Origin: an uncultured Alphaproteobacteria bacterium
GTDB lineage: Bacteria > Pseudomonadota > Alphaproteobacteria > Sphingomonadales > Sphingomonadaceae
Assembly: GCA_963783265.1 (NCBI GenBank)
Contig: CAWAMU010000017.1
Coordinates: forward strand, 286-64,285
Direction: 5' to 3'
Length of the DNA: 64,000 nt
The position numbers and the translations under genes were made by a program. Positions 51,453 through 62,789 of this stretch are shown here, piece after piece; the stretch's first letter is position 1; every line of letters starts with the position of its first letter. The notes under the pieces are model-generated. The model was given only the letters and a program-made list of their open reading frames with translations. It made no database searches and was not told the origin of the DNA.

Positions 51453-53960
51453 ATGGGCTGGGGCCAGGCGTGGATTATCGCCAAGCGCGACCTCTCCAGC
51501 GGTTTTCGCGGACTGCGGCTGTTGCTGGTGTGCCTGTTTCTGGGCGTTGGTGCGCTGGCGGCGATCGGCAGCCTCACCTCTGCAATTCAGGACGAACTTA
51601 ACGGCCAGGGCCAGGCGATCCTGGGCGGCGATCTTGAGGTGGAACTGTGGCAGCGGATGCCGACAGACGCCGAAATGGCCTATCTGGAAGGGCTCGGCAC
51701 CATCTCGCCCGGCTATCGCCTGCAAGCCATGGCAAGCACGCCGGATACCGCCGTTCCGGTGGAGCTGAAAGCGGTTGCACCAAACTATCCGATGTACGGC
51801 GCGCTGCTGCTGCAAGGTGGTGCCACAGCCGGCGCACCGCAGGACGGAGAGGCCTACCTCGCCCCCGGTGCGGCAGAGCGGCTGGGCGTTGCGCCCGGGG
51901 ACAGCTTTACCCTGGGCACCCGGCAGGTAAGCGTGGCCGGCATCATCGCAGAAGAACCGGACCGCCTTTCCGAAGGCTTCGCCTTGGGTCAGACCATCAT
52001 CGTACCGCGTGCATTGCCCGAAGAAGCCGGGCTGGTGGCGCCGGGCGCGATGTTCCAGACCAAGACCCGCATCGCATTCGACGGCCAGCAGGATCCCGAC
52101 GATGTCGCCGAAGCTCTGCAAGAGGCCTTCCCGGACAGCCCCTTCGATATCCGCACCCGCAACCGCGCTTCGCCGGGGGCTGATCGTTTCGTCAGCCGGA
52201 TGGGCGAATTCCTGACGCTGGTCGGCCTCGCCGCGCTGGTCATCGCCGGGATCGGCATCGGCGGCGGCGTGAATTCCTATCTGGAAGCGCGGCGCAATTC
52301 GATTGCCACGCTGAAAATCCTTGGCGCAACTTCGCGCGACATCACCCGCATTTACGCATTGGAAATCGGCATCGCCGCCTGCATCGGCGCGGTGGCAGGG
52401 TTGCTGGCCGGCGTGCTGGTAACACCACTTCTCGCCAGTGCTCTTGGCTCGCTGCTGCCTGTCACCACGGCTTTCGTGTTCGATCCGCTGGCTTTGTTGC
52501 GCGCCGCCGCGTTCGGCCTGCTGGTGGCACTGGTGTTCGCCGCGCCTCCGCTCGCCCGCGCAAAGAAATTTCCTGCCATGGCGCTGATGCGTGCGCGGGT
52601 TTCCCCGCTGTCACAGCAATGGCGCGGCGCGGCGCTTCCCGTGGGCCTTGGCATCGCCGCCATCGTGGCTCTGGCCCTTGTCGGTTCGGAAAATCCCCTG
52701 CTTACCGCCATGTTCCTTGCCGGGGCTGCCGCCATCCTTGGCTTCCTGGCTCTGCTGGGCCGCGCGATCCGCTGGGCTGCATCACGCGTGCCGCGCCCGT
52801 CCGACCCGATCGTGCGCGCCGCCGTCGCCAACCTCCACAGGCCGGGAGCGGCCACCGGCTCGCTCGTCACCGCGCTGGGCTTTGGCCTGTCGGCATTCGT
52901 GCTGCTGGCCGGCGTCCAGTCCAGCCTTGATGGCAACATACAGCAATCCGTGCCTGCGCAGGCGCCTGATTATTTCGTGCTAGACGTGCCGCGCGACGGG
53001 GTGGAGCAATTTCGCGGCCTCGTGAGTGAAAGCGCGCCCGATGCCGTAGTGCAGACAGTGCCCACCCTGCGCGGCGCCATCACCGCTTTCGGCCCCGAAA
53101 ACGCCATGGTCCGCGTGGACGAAATGGAGGAGCGCGAGGGAACCTGGGGCCTGCGCGGCGAACGTGGCCTCACCTATTCGGACGTCGTGCCGGAAGGCAA
53201 TGCCGTGACATCGGGCGAGTGGTGGAACGAAGGCTACACCGGCGAACCGCTGGTTTCGGTGGACGAGGAACTGGCGGACGCCGCGGGTATCGCGATTGGC
53301 GATATGATCAGCATCAACGTGCTGGGCGTGGAATTTACCGCGCGGGTTGCCAACACCCGCCGCATCGACTGGGAAAGCCTTGGCTTCAACAACGTCTGGG
53401 TGTTCTCCGCCAACACGTTCGAGAGCGCGCCGCATAACCTCGCTGCAACTATCGACCTTCCCGAAGGCACGCAGGCCGAAGGATTGCTACGCACGCTGGT
53501 CAACGCCTTCCCATCCTCGAGCGTGATCGAAGTCGGGCCCCTGCTGACAGAAGCCCGCACGATCCTCGATCAGGTGTCTCTTGCGATTCTTGCCGCCGCT
53601 TCTGTTGCGGTGCTGGCCGGCATAGCCGTGCTGTTGGGCGCGATTGCTGCGGCCCGGGCTGCGCGCATTTACGACACCGTGATCCTGCGCGTGCTGGGTG
53701 CAAGCCGCCGCCAGTTGCTGGCGCTGCAATTCGCCGAATTCGGCCTGCTGGCCGCCGTGCTGGCGCTGGTAGCGCTGGCGCTGGGCACCGGCGTTGCATG
53801 GCTGGTTATCGTGCAGATGTTCGAATTCGAATGGCTGCCCGACTGGACAGAAATCCTCGCCGTGCTGGGTGGCGGACTGGTGCTGGTGCTCGCCTTCGCA
53901 CTGGGCGCTTCGCTGCCGCTGCTCAGGGCACGCCCTGCGCAGACGCTGCGTTCGCTCTAG
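51453..53960 (+). CDS. ABC transporter permease (YbbP/FtsX-like)
   Basis: Two FtsX-like repeats (IATLKILGA; ILRVLGASR). tesA-ybbA-ybbP synteny. Confidence 0.85.
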   Translation: MGWGQAWIIAKRDLSSGFRGLRLLLVCLFLGVGALAAIGSLTSAIQDELNGQGQAILGGDLEVELWQRMPTDAEMAYLEGLGTISPGYRLQAMASTPDTAVPVELKAVAPNYPMYGALLLQGGATAGAPQDGEAYLAPGAAERLGVAPGDSFTLGTRQVSVAGIIAEEPDRLSEGFALGQTIIVPRALPEEAGLVAPGAMFQTKTRIAFDGQQDPDDVAEALQEAFPDSPFDIRTRNRASPGADRFVSRMGEFLTLVGLAALVIAGIGIGGGVNSYLEARRNSIATLKILGATSRDITRIYALEIGIAACIGAVAGLLAGVLVTPLLASALGSLLPVTTAFVFDPLALLRAAAFGLLVALVFAAPPLARAKKFPAMALMRARVSPLSQQWRGAALPVGLGIAAIVALALVGSENPLLTAMFLAGAAAILGFLALLGRAIRWAASRVPRPSDPIVRAAVANLHRPGAATGSLVTALGFGLSAFVLLAGVQSSLDGNIQQSVPAQAPDYFVLDVPRDGVEQFRGLVSESAPDAVVQTVPTLRGAITAFGPENAMVRVDEMEEREGTWGLRGERGLTYSDVVPEGNAVTSGEWWNEGYTGEPLVSVDEELADAAGIAIGDMISINVLGVEFTARVANTRRIDWESLGFNNVWVFSANTFESAPHNLAATIDLPEGTQAEGLLRTLVNAFPSSSVIEVGPLLTEARTILDQVSLAILAAASVAVLAGIAVLLGAIAAARAARIYDTVILRVLGASRRQLLALQFAEFGLLAAVLALVALALGTGVAWLVIVQMFEFEWLPDWTEILAVLGGGLVLVLAFALGASLPLLRARPAQTLRSL

Positions 53961-53961
53961 A

Positions 53962-54267
53962 CTATTCGAAAACCGAGGCTTGCGAGGGATCTTTCGGATC
54001 CGGTCCCCAGCGGTTCGGCCCCGCCTCGCCGGGCAATGCACACACCACCAGCAAGGCGACGAAGCCGAAAAAGGTCAGGATATTAACCAGCGGGACGAAG
54101 TTGGCGATCAACAGGCCAGGGCAGAAGGTGCCGAACGGCCCTTGCCACTCTTCGATCATCGGGACGTTGAAGCTATCGTCAAACATCCCTTCCCACGGAA
54201 AACCGGAGAGCATGATCGCGACCAGGACGATAGGGAGAATCGCCCACTCCAACACCGGTCGATCCAT
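53962..54267 (-). CDS. DUF805-like membrane protein (possibly partial)
   Basis: C-terminal LPGEAGPNRWGPDPK is typical of DUF805. The usual N-terminal GR..R motif is not seen. Confidence 0.5.
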   Translation of the reverse strand: MDRPVLEWAILPIVLVAIMLSGFPWEGMFDDSFNVPMIEEWQGPFGTFCPGLLIANFVPLVNILTFFGFVALLVVCALPGEAGPNRWGPDPKDPSQASVFE

Positions 54268-54306
54268 CGCTAAAACGTGCTGAACACTTCGGTGAAAGTC
54301 GTGGGC

Positions 54307-54786
54307 CTAGTCAAAAACGCCTGCCGTTGCGTGTTCGCCTGGCTTGCCCTTTATCACCAGCGTGCTGGCCAGCATGTCGTGGAGACCCTGCTTCTTCTCG
54401 GTAAAGGCAACCATGATGTAGCCGATATAAAGAATGATGCCCGAAAGAATCTTGCCCAATGCCCGGCCAAGTGCCCTCATGAAACTGAGGCGATTTCCAT
54501 TCGCATCAATCACGGTCAGGCCAAGGGCCTTCTTGCCAACGGTCGCCTGCCAGGCAGAGCTTTCAAGTCCGGCAAAATAGGCGATGCCGATAATCAGGGC
54601 CAGCAGCTGGCCGAAACCACTGGCTTCGTTCGCCCCCCCTGCAACCAGCGCATCATTGAATTGGGCGCTGTAGTTGGCCCCCATGTCGATGCCAGTAATC
54701 CCCTGGATAAGCGACATCGTGATGACCAGGATGACAATATCGATCAGATACGCACCCACCCTGATCCAGAAACCTGCAAATTGCAT
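54307..54786 (-). CDS. RDD family protein
   Basis: AGFWIRVGAYLID..QATVGKKALGL..KQGLHDMLASTLV. Confidence 0.9.
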   Translation of the reverse strand: MQFAGFWIRVGAYLIDIVILVITMSLIQGITGIDMGANYSAQFNDALVAGGANEASGFGQLLALIIGIAYFAGLESSAWQATVGKKALGLTVIDANGNRLSFMRALGRALGKILSGIILYIGYIMVAFTEKKQGLHDMLASTLVIKGKPGEHATAGVFD

Positions 54787-54864
54787 TGTGAAGTCCCCCC
54801 TTCAAAAAGCCCGTCCTGGAGGAGAAGGCACCACACTTTGCGATGTGGCGCAAGCTGAGGACCC

Positions 54865-54896
54865 AAAAAAAGGGGGCCACGAAGGGCCCCCTTTTC
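54865..54896 (-). terminator. Intrinsic terminator after the TonB-dependent receptor
   Basis: GGGGGCC-ACGAAG-GGCCCCC stem with T7 on the minus strand. Confidence 0.85.
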
Positions 54897-54919
54897 AATT
54901 ACGCGTCGAGGAATTCCGC

Positions 54920-57640
54920 CTAGAAGCGGATCTTCGCCGTGGCGCCATATGTGCGCGGCTGGTTCGGGTAGGCAGAGATCGAGCCGGGCTGTGCCGGGGA
55001 ATCGAACAGCGACAGGAAATACCGGTCATTCAGCAGGTTGCGACCCCAGACTGACAGTTCGATACCCGGCTCGTCGAAGATGTAGGTCAACGACGCCGAA
55101 AGTTCATCAACCTGGCGGGTGAAAGGCAGCGCTGCTGCAATTGCCTGTGCCTGTCCACCGTCGGGAAGCGTCGGGTCGAGGAAGCCGGGAAGGCCGTCCA
55201 CGATCTGCGTTTCCGATTCGTAGGAATAGGTGGAGCGCAGGATCAATTCGTCACCATTGCCCATCGGCTGGGCATACTGGCCACCGACAACAACAGTCCA
55301 TTCGGGAATCCCGGCAGGCGTCGTGCCGGAGATGTCGCCGAACGGAGAAAGCGGGAAGCTCTTGTAGCTCGGGTCCAGCCAGGTGACTGCAAGGCTGAGG
55401 GTCAGCGGATCAACCGGGTTGGCCGTGCCTTCGAATTCCACACCATAGGTGCGCTGCTTGCCCGCATTTGCCAGGAAGAAGCCGGTGCCGGTGAAGACGT
55501 TGGACTGGAAGCCGTCGATATCCTGCCGGAAGCCGGTGAGGTTCATCGAATAGTCGCCCCAGTTACCCTTCAGGCCAACTTCGATCACCTTTGATTCTTC
55601 GGGCCCTGCAAAGCGGCTGCCGAAGGTCTGGTTGTTCCGCAGCAGGCCTGCCGCAGCCAGCGCTGCCGCATCACCTGGTGCCGGGCGACTGTCGCGGCTC
55701 AGGGCAAAGGAGCTTGCCTTGAATCCGGTCGCGTAGCTTGCGTAGATATTGAGGTCCGGATTGATATCGTAGGCCAGACGCGCGGTGTAGGAGAAATCCT
55801 TGTCGTCCGTCTCGCCGCTTTCCACCACGTTGGGGATGTTCACGAAGCGCGGGAAGTTCTGCAACGCCTGGGCCTGCAACAGCGGGTTCACAGCCGGGTT
55901 GGTGTCGTTGGCATTGGCGAATGCCTGTACGCCCGCCTGGATCGTCGGGAATGCCGCGGCACCGGCCGCGCCAGCCGGGCTCATGCCGGTGGCGAAAGCC
56001 TGGATTTCGGCCTGCGTTGCAGGACGGCCCAGCATCAGCGCCGCACCAACCTGGTTGGCAATGCCCTGCGCCACGATGGCGTTGTTGCCCACCGCGACAA
56101 GATCGATGTCCGAGAAGGTGCCGAACGACTGGTAATCGGTCGTGCCGGTCTTTTCATCCATCGTGTAGTTGCCGCCCAACGTCAGCGTCAGGCCGTCGAC
56201 GATCTCGAAATCGACCTGCGCGAACAGCGATACGGCCTCGTTGTCGAGCGTGAACTGCCCGTTTTCCACCACGCCGGGTGCAAAGAACGTGCCGATGTAC
56301 TGGGCCGGATTACCCGACAGCGCGCCAATGAGACCTTCGGCCTGCGTCAGCGACTGGCCAAGCAACTGCGTGGTCAGCACATTGGCGAAGGGACGGAAAT
56401 CCTCGCCGTAGTTCACGGTCTGGTCTTCGATCACCGATTCGTTGAAATAGAAGAGACCTGCCAGCACCCCGATGCGATCCCAATCGCCAGTGACCCGGAA
56501 TTCCTGTGTGAAGGTATCCAGCGCCTGGTCGTTGAAACGCTGCAACAGGTCGCCCGAGGTGAAATCAACGTCCTGTCCGAAATCGCCACGCGTTTCGCGA
56601 TAGGCAGTGATGGATGTGAGCGTAACGGCGTCGCTCACTTCATATTCGAGCTGTGCGGAAAGACCGTAGTTCTTCACATCGTTGGTGGAGGGGAAATTGT
56701 TGTACACGATGCCGTCGAACGCAGCGGCCGGCGTATTCACCTGTCCGCCAATGGCCTGGATGGCCTGGGTGAAGGACGATGGCTGGACATTGACGACGCC
56801 GCAGCAATTCTCGTCAATCCGGTCGTAGTCGGCGATAAGACGCGCGCTGAAGTTTTCCGCGTTATCGAACAGCAACTGTCCACGCACGAACCAGCGGTCA
56901 CGCTCATTAGTGGTGGTGTCGGAGATGGGATCGTAATTGTAACCGTCGCGCTTGTTGATGCCGGCGGCAAAGCTGGCGGCGATATTTTCACCAAGCGGGC
57001 CGGAGACATAGCCGCGCGCGACCATCGCATCGTAATTGCCGTAGGAAACCTCTGCCGTGCCTTCGAAATCGAACGAAGGGGGCGAGGTGACAATCGAGAT
57101 GATGCCCGCCGATGCGTTCTTGCCGAACAGCGTGGACTGCGGCCCGCGCAGCACTTCGATGCGGCTGACGTTGGGCAGGTCACTGATCTGCGAGGCAGAG
57201 CGGCTGCGATAGACGTTGTCGATAAACACACCGACGGACGGCTCGATACCGACGTTGTTGGCGCCATTGCCGAAACCGCGGATGATGAAATTGGTGTTGG
57301 CAGAGCTTTGCAGCTGCGTGACGCGCAGCGACGGTACGACTGACTGCAAGTCTTTCAGGTCGCGGATCTGTTCGCGGTCCAGCGTTTCCGCGGTGGTAAC
57401 GGAAACCGCCACCGGAATTTCCTGCAGGGTCTGTTCGCGCTTGGTCGCTGTAACAACGATGCTGTTGCCGCGAACGACATCGTCGATAACGGTATCGTCG
57501 ACACCGGCTTCCTCGAGGCGCTCGCCCGTCGAAGCTTCATCCTGCGCGTAGGCGGTAGCAGGCGCAATCAGCGCGATAGCAGCAACGCCGCAAAGGCACC
57601 GACGCGAAAAACCGGCGGAGCCGGCGTGAACTCTGATCAT
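54920..57640 (-). CDS. TonB-dependent receptor
   Basis: Signal peptide, IVVTATKRE, a plug ending RIEVLRGPQSTLFGKNASAG, and C-terminal PRTYGATAKIRF. Confidence 0.93.
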   Translation of the reverse strand: MIRVHAGSAGFSRRCLCGVAAIALIAPATAYAQDEASTGERLEEAGVDDTVIDDVVRGNSIVVTATKREQTLQEIPVAVSVTTAETLDREQIRDLKDLQSVVPSLRVTQLQSSANTNFIIRGFGNGANNVGIEPSVGVFIDNVYRSRSASQISDLPNVSRIEVLRGPQSTLFGKNASAGIISIVTSPPSFDFEGTAEVSYGNYDAMVARGYVSGPLGENIAASFAAGINKRDGYNYDPISDTTTNERDRWFVRGQLLFDNAENFSARLIADYDRIDENCCGVVNVQPSSFTQAIQAIGGQVNTPAAAFDGIVYNNFPSTNDVKNYGLSAQLEYEVSDAVTLTSITAYRETRGDFGQDVDFTSGDLLQRFNDQALDTFTQEFRVTGDWDRIGVLAGLFYFNESVIEDQTVNYGEDFRPFANVLTTQLLGQSLTQAEGLIGALSGNPAQYIGTFFAPGVVENGQFTLDNEAVSLFAQVDFEIVDGLTLTLGGNYTMDEKTGTTDYQSFGTFSDIDLVAVGNNAIVAQGIANQVGAALMLGRPATQAEIQAFATGMSPAGAAGAAAFPTIQAGVQAFANANDTNPAVNPLLQAQALQNFPRFVNIPNVVESGETDDKDFSYTARLAYDINPDLNIYASYATGFKASSFALSRDSRPAPGDAAALAAAGLLRNNQTFGSRFAGPEESKVIEVGLKGNWGDYSMNLTGFRQDIDGFQSNVFTGTGFFLANAGKQRTYGVEFEGTANPVDPLTLSLAVTWLDPSYKSFPLSPFGDISGTTPAGIPEWTVVVGGQYAQPMGNGDELILRSTYSYESETQIVDGLPGFLDPTLPDGGQAQAIAAALPFTRQVDELSASLTYIFDEPGIELSVWGRNLLNDRYFLSLFDSPAQPGSISAYPNQPRTYGATAKIRF

Positions 57641-57946
57641 TGAAATCTCCATCTCTCCCTTGAACATCCGCTCGCCCCCTTCCCAGTGACGTCGAACAGA
57701 CTTCAAGTGCCCTCTTGCTAGGGGCTGCAGTGATACCGGCCTGCGAAGCTTCACACAATCGCTTGTCGCCTAACCGCTTACAGAAGAAACCGCCCATGTA
57801 TCATTCGCGCAACATGGAGGTGTCTAACGTATACGTCAGGCAACTCGGCCCGCAGACGCTTGCGGTGAAGCGCCTCATAGGCTATCGGCGCGCCAATTCG
57901 CAGGTGCAGCATTTAAGCGCCCGCCGTAACCCAGGAAAGCATCGTT

Positions 57947-59785
57947 ATGTCCGCCCCCCTTCGCAACGTGGCGATTATCGCCCACGTCGACCACGGCAAA
58001 ACCACCCTTGTCGACCAGCTCTTCCGCCAGTCCGGCACTTTTCGTGAGAACGAGCGCGTGGAAGAACGCGCAATGGATTCCAACGAGTTGGAGCAGGAAC
58101 GCGGAATTACCATTCTTGCGAAACCCACCAGCGTGGAATGGGCGCCTCCCGGCGGCCAGCAGAATTACCACATCAACATCGTCGACACCCCAGGCCACGC
58201 CGACTTCGGCGCCGAGGTGGAGCGAATCCTGAGCATGGTCGATGGCGTCATCCTGCTGGTGGATGCCGCCGAAGGCCCGATGCCACAGACAAAGTTCGTG
58301 ACCGGCAAGGCGCTGGGCCTGGGCCTGAAGCCGATCGTCGTCGTCAACAAGATCGACCGTCAGGATGCCCGCGCAGCCGAAGTTCTGGACGAAGTGTTCG
58401 ACCTGTTCGTAAACCTCGATGCCAATGACGAGCAACTCGACTTCCCCGTCCTCTACGCCTCCGGCCGCTCCGGCTATGCAAGCGAAGATATCGACGCGCG
58501 CGAAGGCGACCTGATCCCGCTGTTCGAACTGATCGTCAGCCACGTGCCTGCACCAGATCTCGATCCGGATGGCGAATTTGCCATGCTGGCCACGCTGCTG
58601 GATCGCGATGCATTCCTGGGCCGTATCCTGACAGGCCGTATCGAAAGCGGCCGCCTGGAAGTGGGCATGCCGATCAAGGCGCTGGATGTGAACGGCAACC
58701 TCGTGGAATCCGGCCGCGCCACCAAGGTGTTCGCCTATAACGGTCTGGAGCGCGAACCTGTGCTGCATGCCAAGGCTGGCGACATCGTTGCAATTGCGGG
58801 CCTTACCGACGCCACCGTTTCCAACACCTTGTGCGCCCCGCATGTCAGCGTACCGATCCACGCGCAGCCGATCGATCCGCCCACCCTCAGCATGACCTTT
58901 GCCGTCAACGACAGCCCCTATGCAGGGCGCGAAGGCGACAAGGTGCAGAGCCGCGTTATCCGCGAACGTCTGGAACGCGAAGCCGAGGGCAACGTGGCCA
59001 TCCGCATCACCGAGGCCGAGGGCAAGGATGCCTTTGAAGTCGCGGGCCGCGGCGAATTGCAGCTTGGCGTGGTGATCGAAACCCTGCGCCGCGAAGGCTT
59101 CGAACTTTCCATCAGCCGTCCGCGCGTTCTCTACAAGGAAGAGAACGGCCAGCGGATGGAGCCGTACGAAACAGTCGTCGTCGATGTGGACGAAGAATAC
59201 TCCGGCACGGTTGTTGAAAAGATGGCGGCCCGCAAGGCGGAGATGACCGACATGCGCCCCAGCGGCGGTGGCAAGACCCGCCTCACCTTCATCGCGCCCA
59301 GCCGCGGCCTGATCGGCTATCACGGGGAATTCCTGTCCGACACGCGCGGCACCGGCATCATGAACCGCCTGTTCGACAGCTACGGCCCCTACAAGGGCAA
59401 GATCGCCGGTCGCCAGAACGGCGTGTTGATCAGCATGGAAATGGGTGAGGCGCAGGCCTACGCGCTCAACATGCTGGAAGAGCGCGGCGTGCTGTTCATC
59501 GCTCCGGGTGAAAAGCTGTATGAAGGCATGATCATCGGCGAGAACGCCAAGCCCGACGACCTGGAAGTGAACCCGCTGAAATCCAAGCAGCTCACCAACT
59601 TCCGCGCCAGCGGCAAGGATGAAGGCATCCGCCTGACCCCGCCCCGCAAGATGACGCTGGAACAGGCCATCGCCTACATCGGCGACGACGAGATCGTGGA
59701 AGTCACACCGAAGAGCATTCGCCTGCGCAAGGTCCACCTCGATCCGCATGAGCGCAAGCGCGCGAAGCGTTCCAACAAGGACTAA
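57947..59785 (+). CDS. typA: Translational GTPase TypA/BipA
   Basis: [47 protein letters not shown]. Confidence 0.97.
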   Translation: MSAPLRNVAIIAHVDHGKTTLVDQLFRQSGTFRENERVEERAMDSNELEQERGITILAKPTSVEWAPPGGQQNYHINIVDTPGHADFGAEVERILSMVDGVILLVDAAEGPMPQTKFVTGKALGLGLKPIVVVNKIDRQDARAAEVLDEVFDLFVNLDANDEQLDFPVLYASGRSGYASEDIDAREGDLIPLFELIVSHVPAPDLDPDGEFAMLATLLDRDAFLGRILTGRIESGRLEVGMPIKALDVNGNLVESGRATKVFAYNGLEREPVLHAKAGDIVAIAGLTDATVSNTLCAPHVSVPIHAQPIDPPTLSMTFAVNDSPYAGREGDKVQSRVIRERLEREAEGNVAIRITEAEGKDAFEVAGRGELQLGVVIETLRREGFELSISRPRVLYKEENGQRMEPYETVVVDVDEEYSGTVVEKMAARKAEMTDMRPSGGGKTRLTFIAPSRGLIGYHGEFLSDTRGTGIMNRLFDSYGPYKGKIAGRQNGVLISMEMGEAQAYALNMLEERGVLFIAPGEKLYEGMIIGENAKPDDLEVNPLKSKQLTNFRASGKDEGIRLTPPRKMTLEQAIAYIGDDEIVEVTPKSIRLRKVHLDPHERKRAKRSNKD

Positions 59786-59791
59786 TGGGTA

Positions 59792-60181
59792 TCAACGGCA
59801 GCGGTGAAGAATGAACTCTTCCCGCTGCCCGTAACTTGCGCGCATAGTGTTGGCGTCGTCCAACGCCATGCGGAATTCAACCGTGCCCTCTGCCACCTGC
59901 AGGCGCACGTCGGCTGCGCTATCGGCCATTATCACGCGCTCCACCCTGCCGGAAAAATCGGCACGATCGATCTGGATCGCGCTGATCTCGTAGCGACGCG
60001 TGTTGTGGGAAAGACAGGCGGCCGGCAATTCCGCCCAGCGTCCGCGATAATCGACGGGGATGACATGCGATTGCTGCGTCGCAGTTCCTGCCGGCGCTTT
60101 CTCGCCCTCGCCGGGTGCAGGATCAGCACAGGCTGCGCAGCCAAGCGAAAGCACCATTGCGCAAGTGAACCGGGCCATCAT
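59792..60181 (-). CDS. Hypothetical lipoprotein
   Basis: Signal ending CAAC, then GRWAE..AC. Confidence 0.55.
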   Translation of the reverse strand: MMARFTCAMVLSLGCAACADPAPGEGEKAPAGTATQQSHVIPVDYRGRWAELPAACLSHNTRRYEISAIQIDRADFSGRVERVIMADSAADVRLQVAEGTVEFRMALDDANTMRASYGQREEFILHRCR

Positions 60182-60233
60182 GGGGCGACGTTCCTTTGAT
60201 CCTGCACAGCGGGAGTCGTCATGCCAGCCCGCC

Positions 60234-60989
60234 TCACACCCAGTGCCTCTCTGTCAGGATCAGGCCAGCGTAAAGCAAGACACCCAGCACGAAGGGCAGG
60301 AAAAAACTCTTCCGCTCCGCGGGCAGTTCTTCCTTCAGCACATTCAGGATGATGCCGCCCGCCAGGAAGGCGAACAGGCAGCCGATCAGGACTGGGGACA
60401 GTTCCACGATCAGGCCCAGCACCCAACCGGCCAGGACCGCGGCGCTGATGACCCAGCGACCCAGCCTCTCATAAGCTTCGGGATGATCCTGCCGCATGCC
60501 GAAATCGGCAGTGAGGAAATGCAGGCCCATCGCGACGAAATACAGGCCAAGCGCCCACGCGCCGCTTTCTTCGCGGTGCAGTAGCAGGTACCCGATCAGG
60601 GCATTGAATGTGCCATAGGTGACGAGATGCAGGTACAGCACGTCATTGCGCATCCGGTCCCCCTCGCCCGCCTCGCGGCTTTCGCCCCGGCTGACCTTTA
60701 CCGCCCGCTCCAGCCCGTAGAATACGGCCAGCCCCGCCAGGGTCAGCGAGTAGATGACGCTTTCCGCCGCCATGGCATCCACGCCCATGCTTTCGGCGAA
60801 TTCCCGTTGGTGAGCGGCGATATCGGGCAAGACGTGCAGGAACACATAGGCAACGGCCACGCCGCCCGCGAAAGATAGCCAACCGCTGCGCGGGGTGACA
60901 TCGAGGAAGTGCAGGCGGCGCACCAGCAGGTGAATGGCAATGAAACCACTGGCCATTGCTGCGGTAATGATGACTTCGCCCTGCTCCAT
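60234..60989 (-). CDS. Membrane protein, ZIP metal-permease-like
   Basis: SFAGGVAVAYVFLHVLP and FAFLAGGIILNVLKEELP resemble ZIP TM2/TM7 segments. Confidence 0.5.
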   Translation of the reverse strand: MEQGEVIITAAMASGFIAIHLLVRRLHFLDVTPRSGWLSFAGGVAVAYVFLHVLPDIAAHQREFAESMGVDAMAAESVIYSLTLAGLAVFYGLERAVKVSRGESREAGEGDRMRNDVLYLHLVTYGTFNALIGYLLLHREESGAWALGLYFVAMGLHFLTADFGMRQDHPEAYERLGRWVISAAVLAGWVLGLIVELSPVLIGCLFAFLAGGIILNVLKEELPAERKSFFLPFVLGVLLYAGLILTERHWV

Positions 60990-61127
60990 GATACTCCCAA
61001 CGCAGGCGCGGCTTTTGCCGTTCCATCGCAGGGCTGATGCCGGAGCGACAGATCACCACTTCGCGGAAATCGTCACACCATCCGCACCCTCTCGCCAAGC
61101 GACGGTGTCTCGCCTAAAGGCCTGCGA

Positions 61128-62294
61128 ATGGATTTGAGCGATCTTCGCGTGGCCCTGTTCAGCGGCAACTATAATTATGTCCGCGATGGCGCGAACCAGG
61201 CGCTTAACCGGCTGGTGGATTACCTGCTGCGACAAGGTGCGCAGGTGCGCGTCTACTCTCCCACGACGGATACCCCCGCCTTCGAACCCGCCGGTGAGCT
61301 TGTCAGCCTGCCTTCGGTGCCGATACCGGGCCGCGGAGAGTATCAGTTTTCCACCGGACTTGGCGCACAGATCAAGGCCAACCTGGCCGAATTCGATCCT
61401 CACATCGTGCATCTTTCCAGCCCCGATGTGGCCGGTCATCGCGCCCTTACCTGGGCGCGCGCGCAGGAAAAACCGGTGCTGGCCAGCGTCCATACGCGGT
61501 TCGAGACATATCCGCGCTATTATGGCTTTGGCTTCGTCGAACCTGTGTTCGTGGCCCTGCTGCGGCGCTTCTACAAACGCTGCGATGCCATCGTCGCCCC
61601 GTCTGCCAGCATGATCGCGGAACTGCGCGAACAGGGAATGCATGAGGATATCGGCACCTGGTCGCGTGGGGTGGACCGCAATACATTCACGCCGCAACAG
61701 CGTGACCTGGAGTGGCGGCGCGCGCTGGGCATCGCCGATGATGAGATGGCGATCGGCTTTCTCGGTCGGCTGGTGCTGGAAAAAGGCATCGACATTTTCG
61801 CCGAGACCATGGTCGAACTGCGGAGGCGCAAGGTCCCCCATCAGGTGCTGGTGATCGGAGAGGGGCCGGCGAAGGATTTCTTCGCCAGCAAGGTGCCCGA
61901 GGCGAAATTTGTCGGCTTCCAGCAGGGCAAGGATCTTGGCCGTGCGGTGGCCAGCATGGATGTCTTGCTGAACCCGTCTGTTACCGAGACTTTCGGCAAT
62001 GTGACGCTGGAGGCGATGGCCTGCGGTGTGCCGGTGGTGGCGGCCGATGCGACGGGGGCGGCCAGCCTGGTGATGGATGGCGAGACGGGATATCTCGTCC
62101 CGCCGCGCGATATTGCAGCCTATTCGGAAAAGCTGGCTGGATATTCCGCCGACCCGGACCTGCGCAGGGCACACGGCCAGGCTGGCGCGGCCCGCGCAGA
62201 TGCGTTCGACTGGGATGCAATCAACGGGGCGGTGGCTGATACCTACCTGCGCCTGATCGATCAGCGCAGATCAGACGCCGCAGTGTCAGCGTAG
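61128..62294 (+). CDS. GT-B glycosyltransferase family 4 (PimB/MgtA-like)
   Basis: GFLGRLVLEKG and ETFGNVTLEAMACG (EX7E). Confidence 0.9.
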   Translation: MDLSDLRVALFSGNYNYVRDGANQALNRLVDYLLRQGAQVRVYSPTTDTPAFEPAGELVSLPSVPIPGRGEYQFSTGLGAQIKANLAEFDPHIVHLSSPDVAGHRALTWARAQEKPVLASVHTRFETYPRYYGFGFVEPVFVALLRRFYKRCDAIVAPSASMIAELREQGMHEDIGTWSRGVDRNTFTPQQRDLEWRRALGIADDEMAIGFLGRLVLEKGIDIFAETMVELRRRKVPHQVLVIGEGPAKDFFASKVPEAKFVGFQQGKDLGRAVASMDVLLNPSVTETFGNVTLEAMACGVPVVAADATGAASLVMDGETGYLVPPRDIAAYSEKLAGYSADPDLRRAHGQAGAARADAFDWDAINGAVADTYLRLIDQRRSDAAVSA

Positions 62295-62729
62295 AACGCC
62301 CTTGCGGGCCATGTTAAATGCGTAAAGGGCCAGCAGTATCTGGCTTACCCAGATCACCACAGTCATGATCAGACCGGTACCGTCCAGCACGCCATCGGGC
62401 GCGGGATTGGTGAACTGATAGACCGACGATCCCGCCAGTCCGACAAGCCCAAGCACGAATCCATGAACGGCGAAACGACTGCGGATCAGGAGCAGTACCG
62501 CGCCCAGCAGCGCGCACCATACTCCCACGGCCCAGAACGCTTCCACCCACACGGGAAAGCTATAGAAATACTCGAGCTGTTCCGGAGTAAATGCAGACAT
62601 GTATGTCGCGTTGCGCGTCTGCGTCATTACGTAGTCGTAAGCGCCAAAAGCGTTCCACAACAGCGCCAGAATGCCGATCACCCAAAGGTGCCACGGTGTG
62701 GCGGGCCGATCCATGATAGCCATATGCAA
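62286..62729 (-). CDS. Conserved four-helix membrane protein
   Basis: TPWHLWVIGILALLWNAFGAYDY..FYSFPVW..WAVGVW. Confidence 0.7.
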   Translation of the reverse strand: MHMAIMDRPATPWHLWVIGILALLWNAFGAYDYVMTQTRNATYMSAFTPEQLEYFYSFPVWVEAFWAVGVWCALLGAVLLLIRSRFAVHGFVLGLVGLAGSSVYQFTNPAPDGVLDGTGLIMTVVIWVSQILLALYAFNMARKGVLR

Positions 62730-62789
62730 GTCTCCCCTGTTGCGACAAATCTAACACAATTCGCCGCAACAGGGAAACGCTCTATCGTT

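Noticed and set aside
6516-59749. Long antisense or alternative-frame ORFs, e.g. 6516-7679, 19527-20804, 27476-28918, 39880-41379 and 57875-59749
   Set aside because: They shadow well-supported genes on the other strand. This is expected in high-GC DNA, and they have no recognisable motifs.
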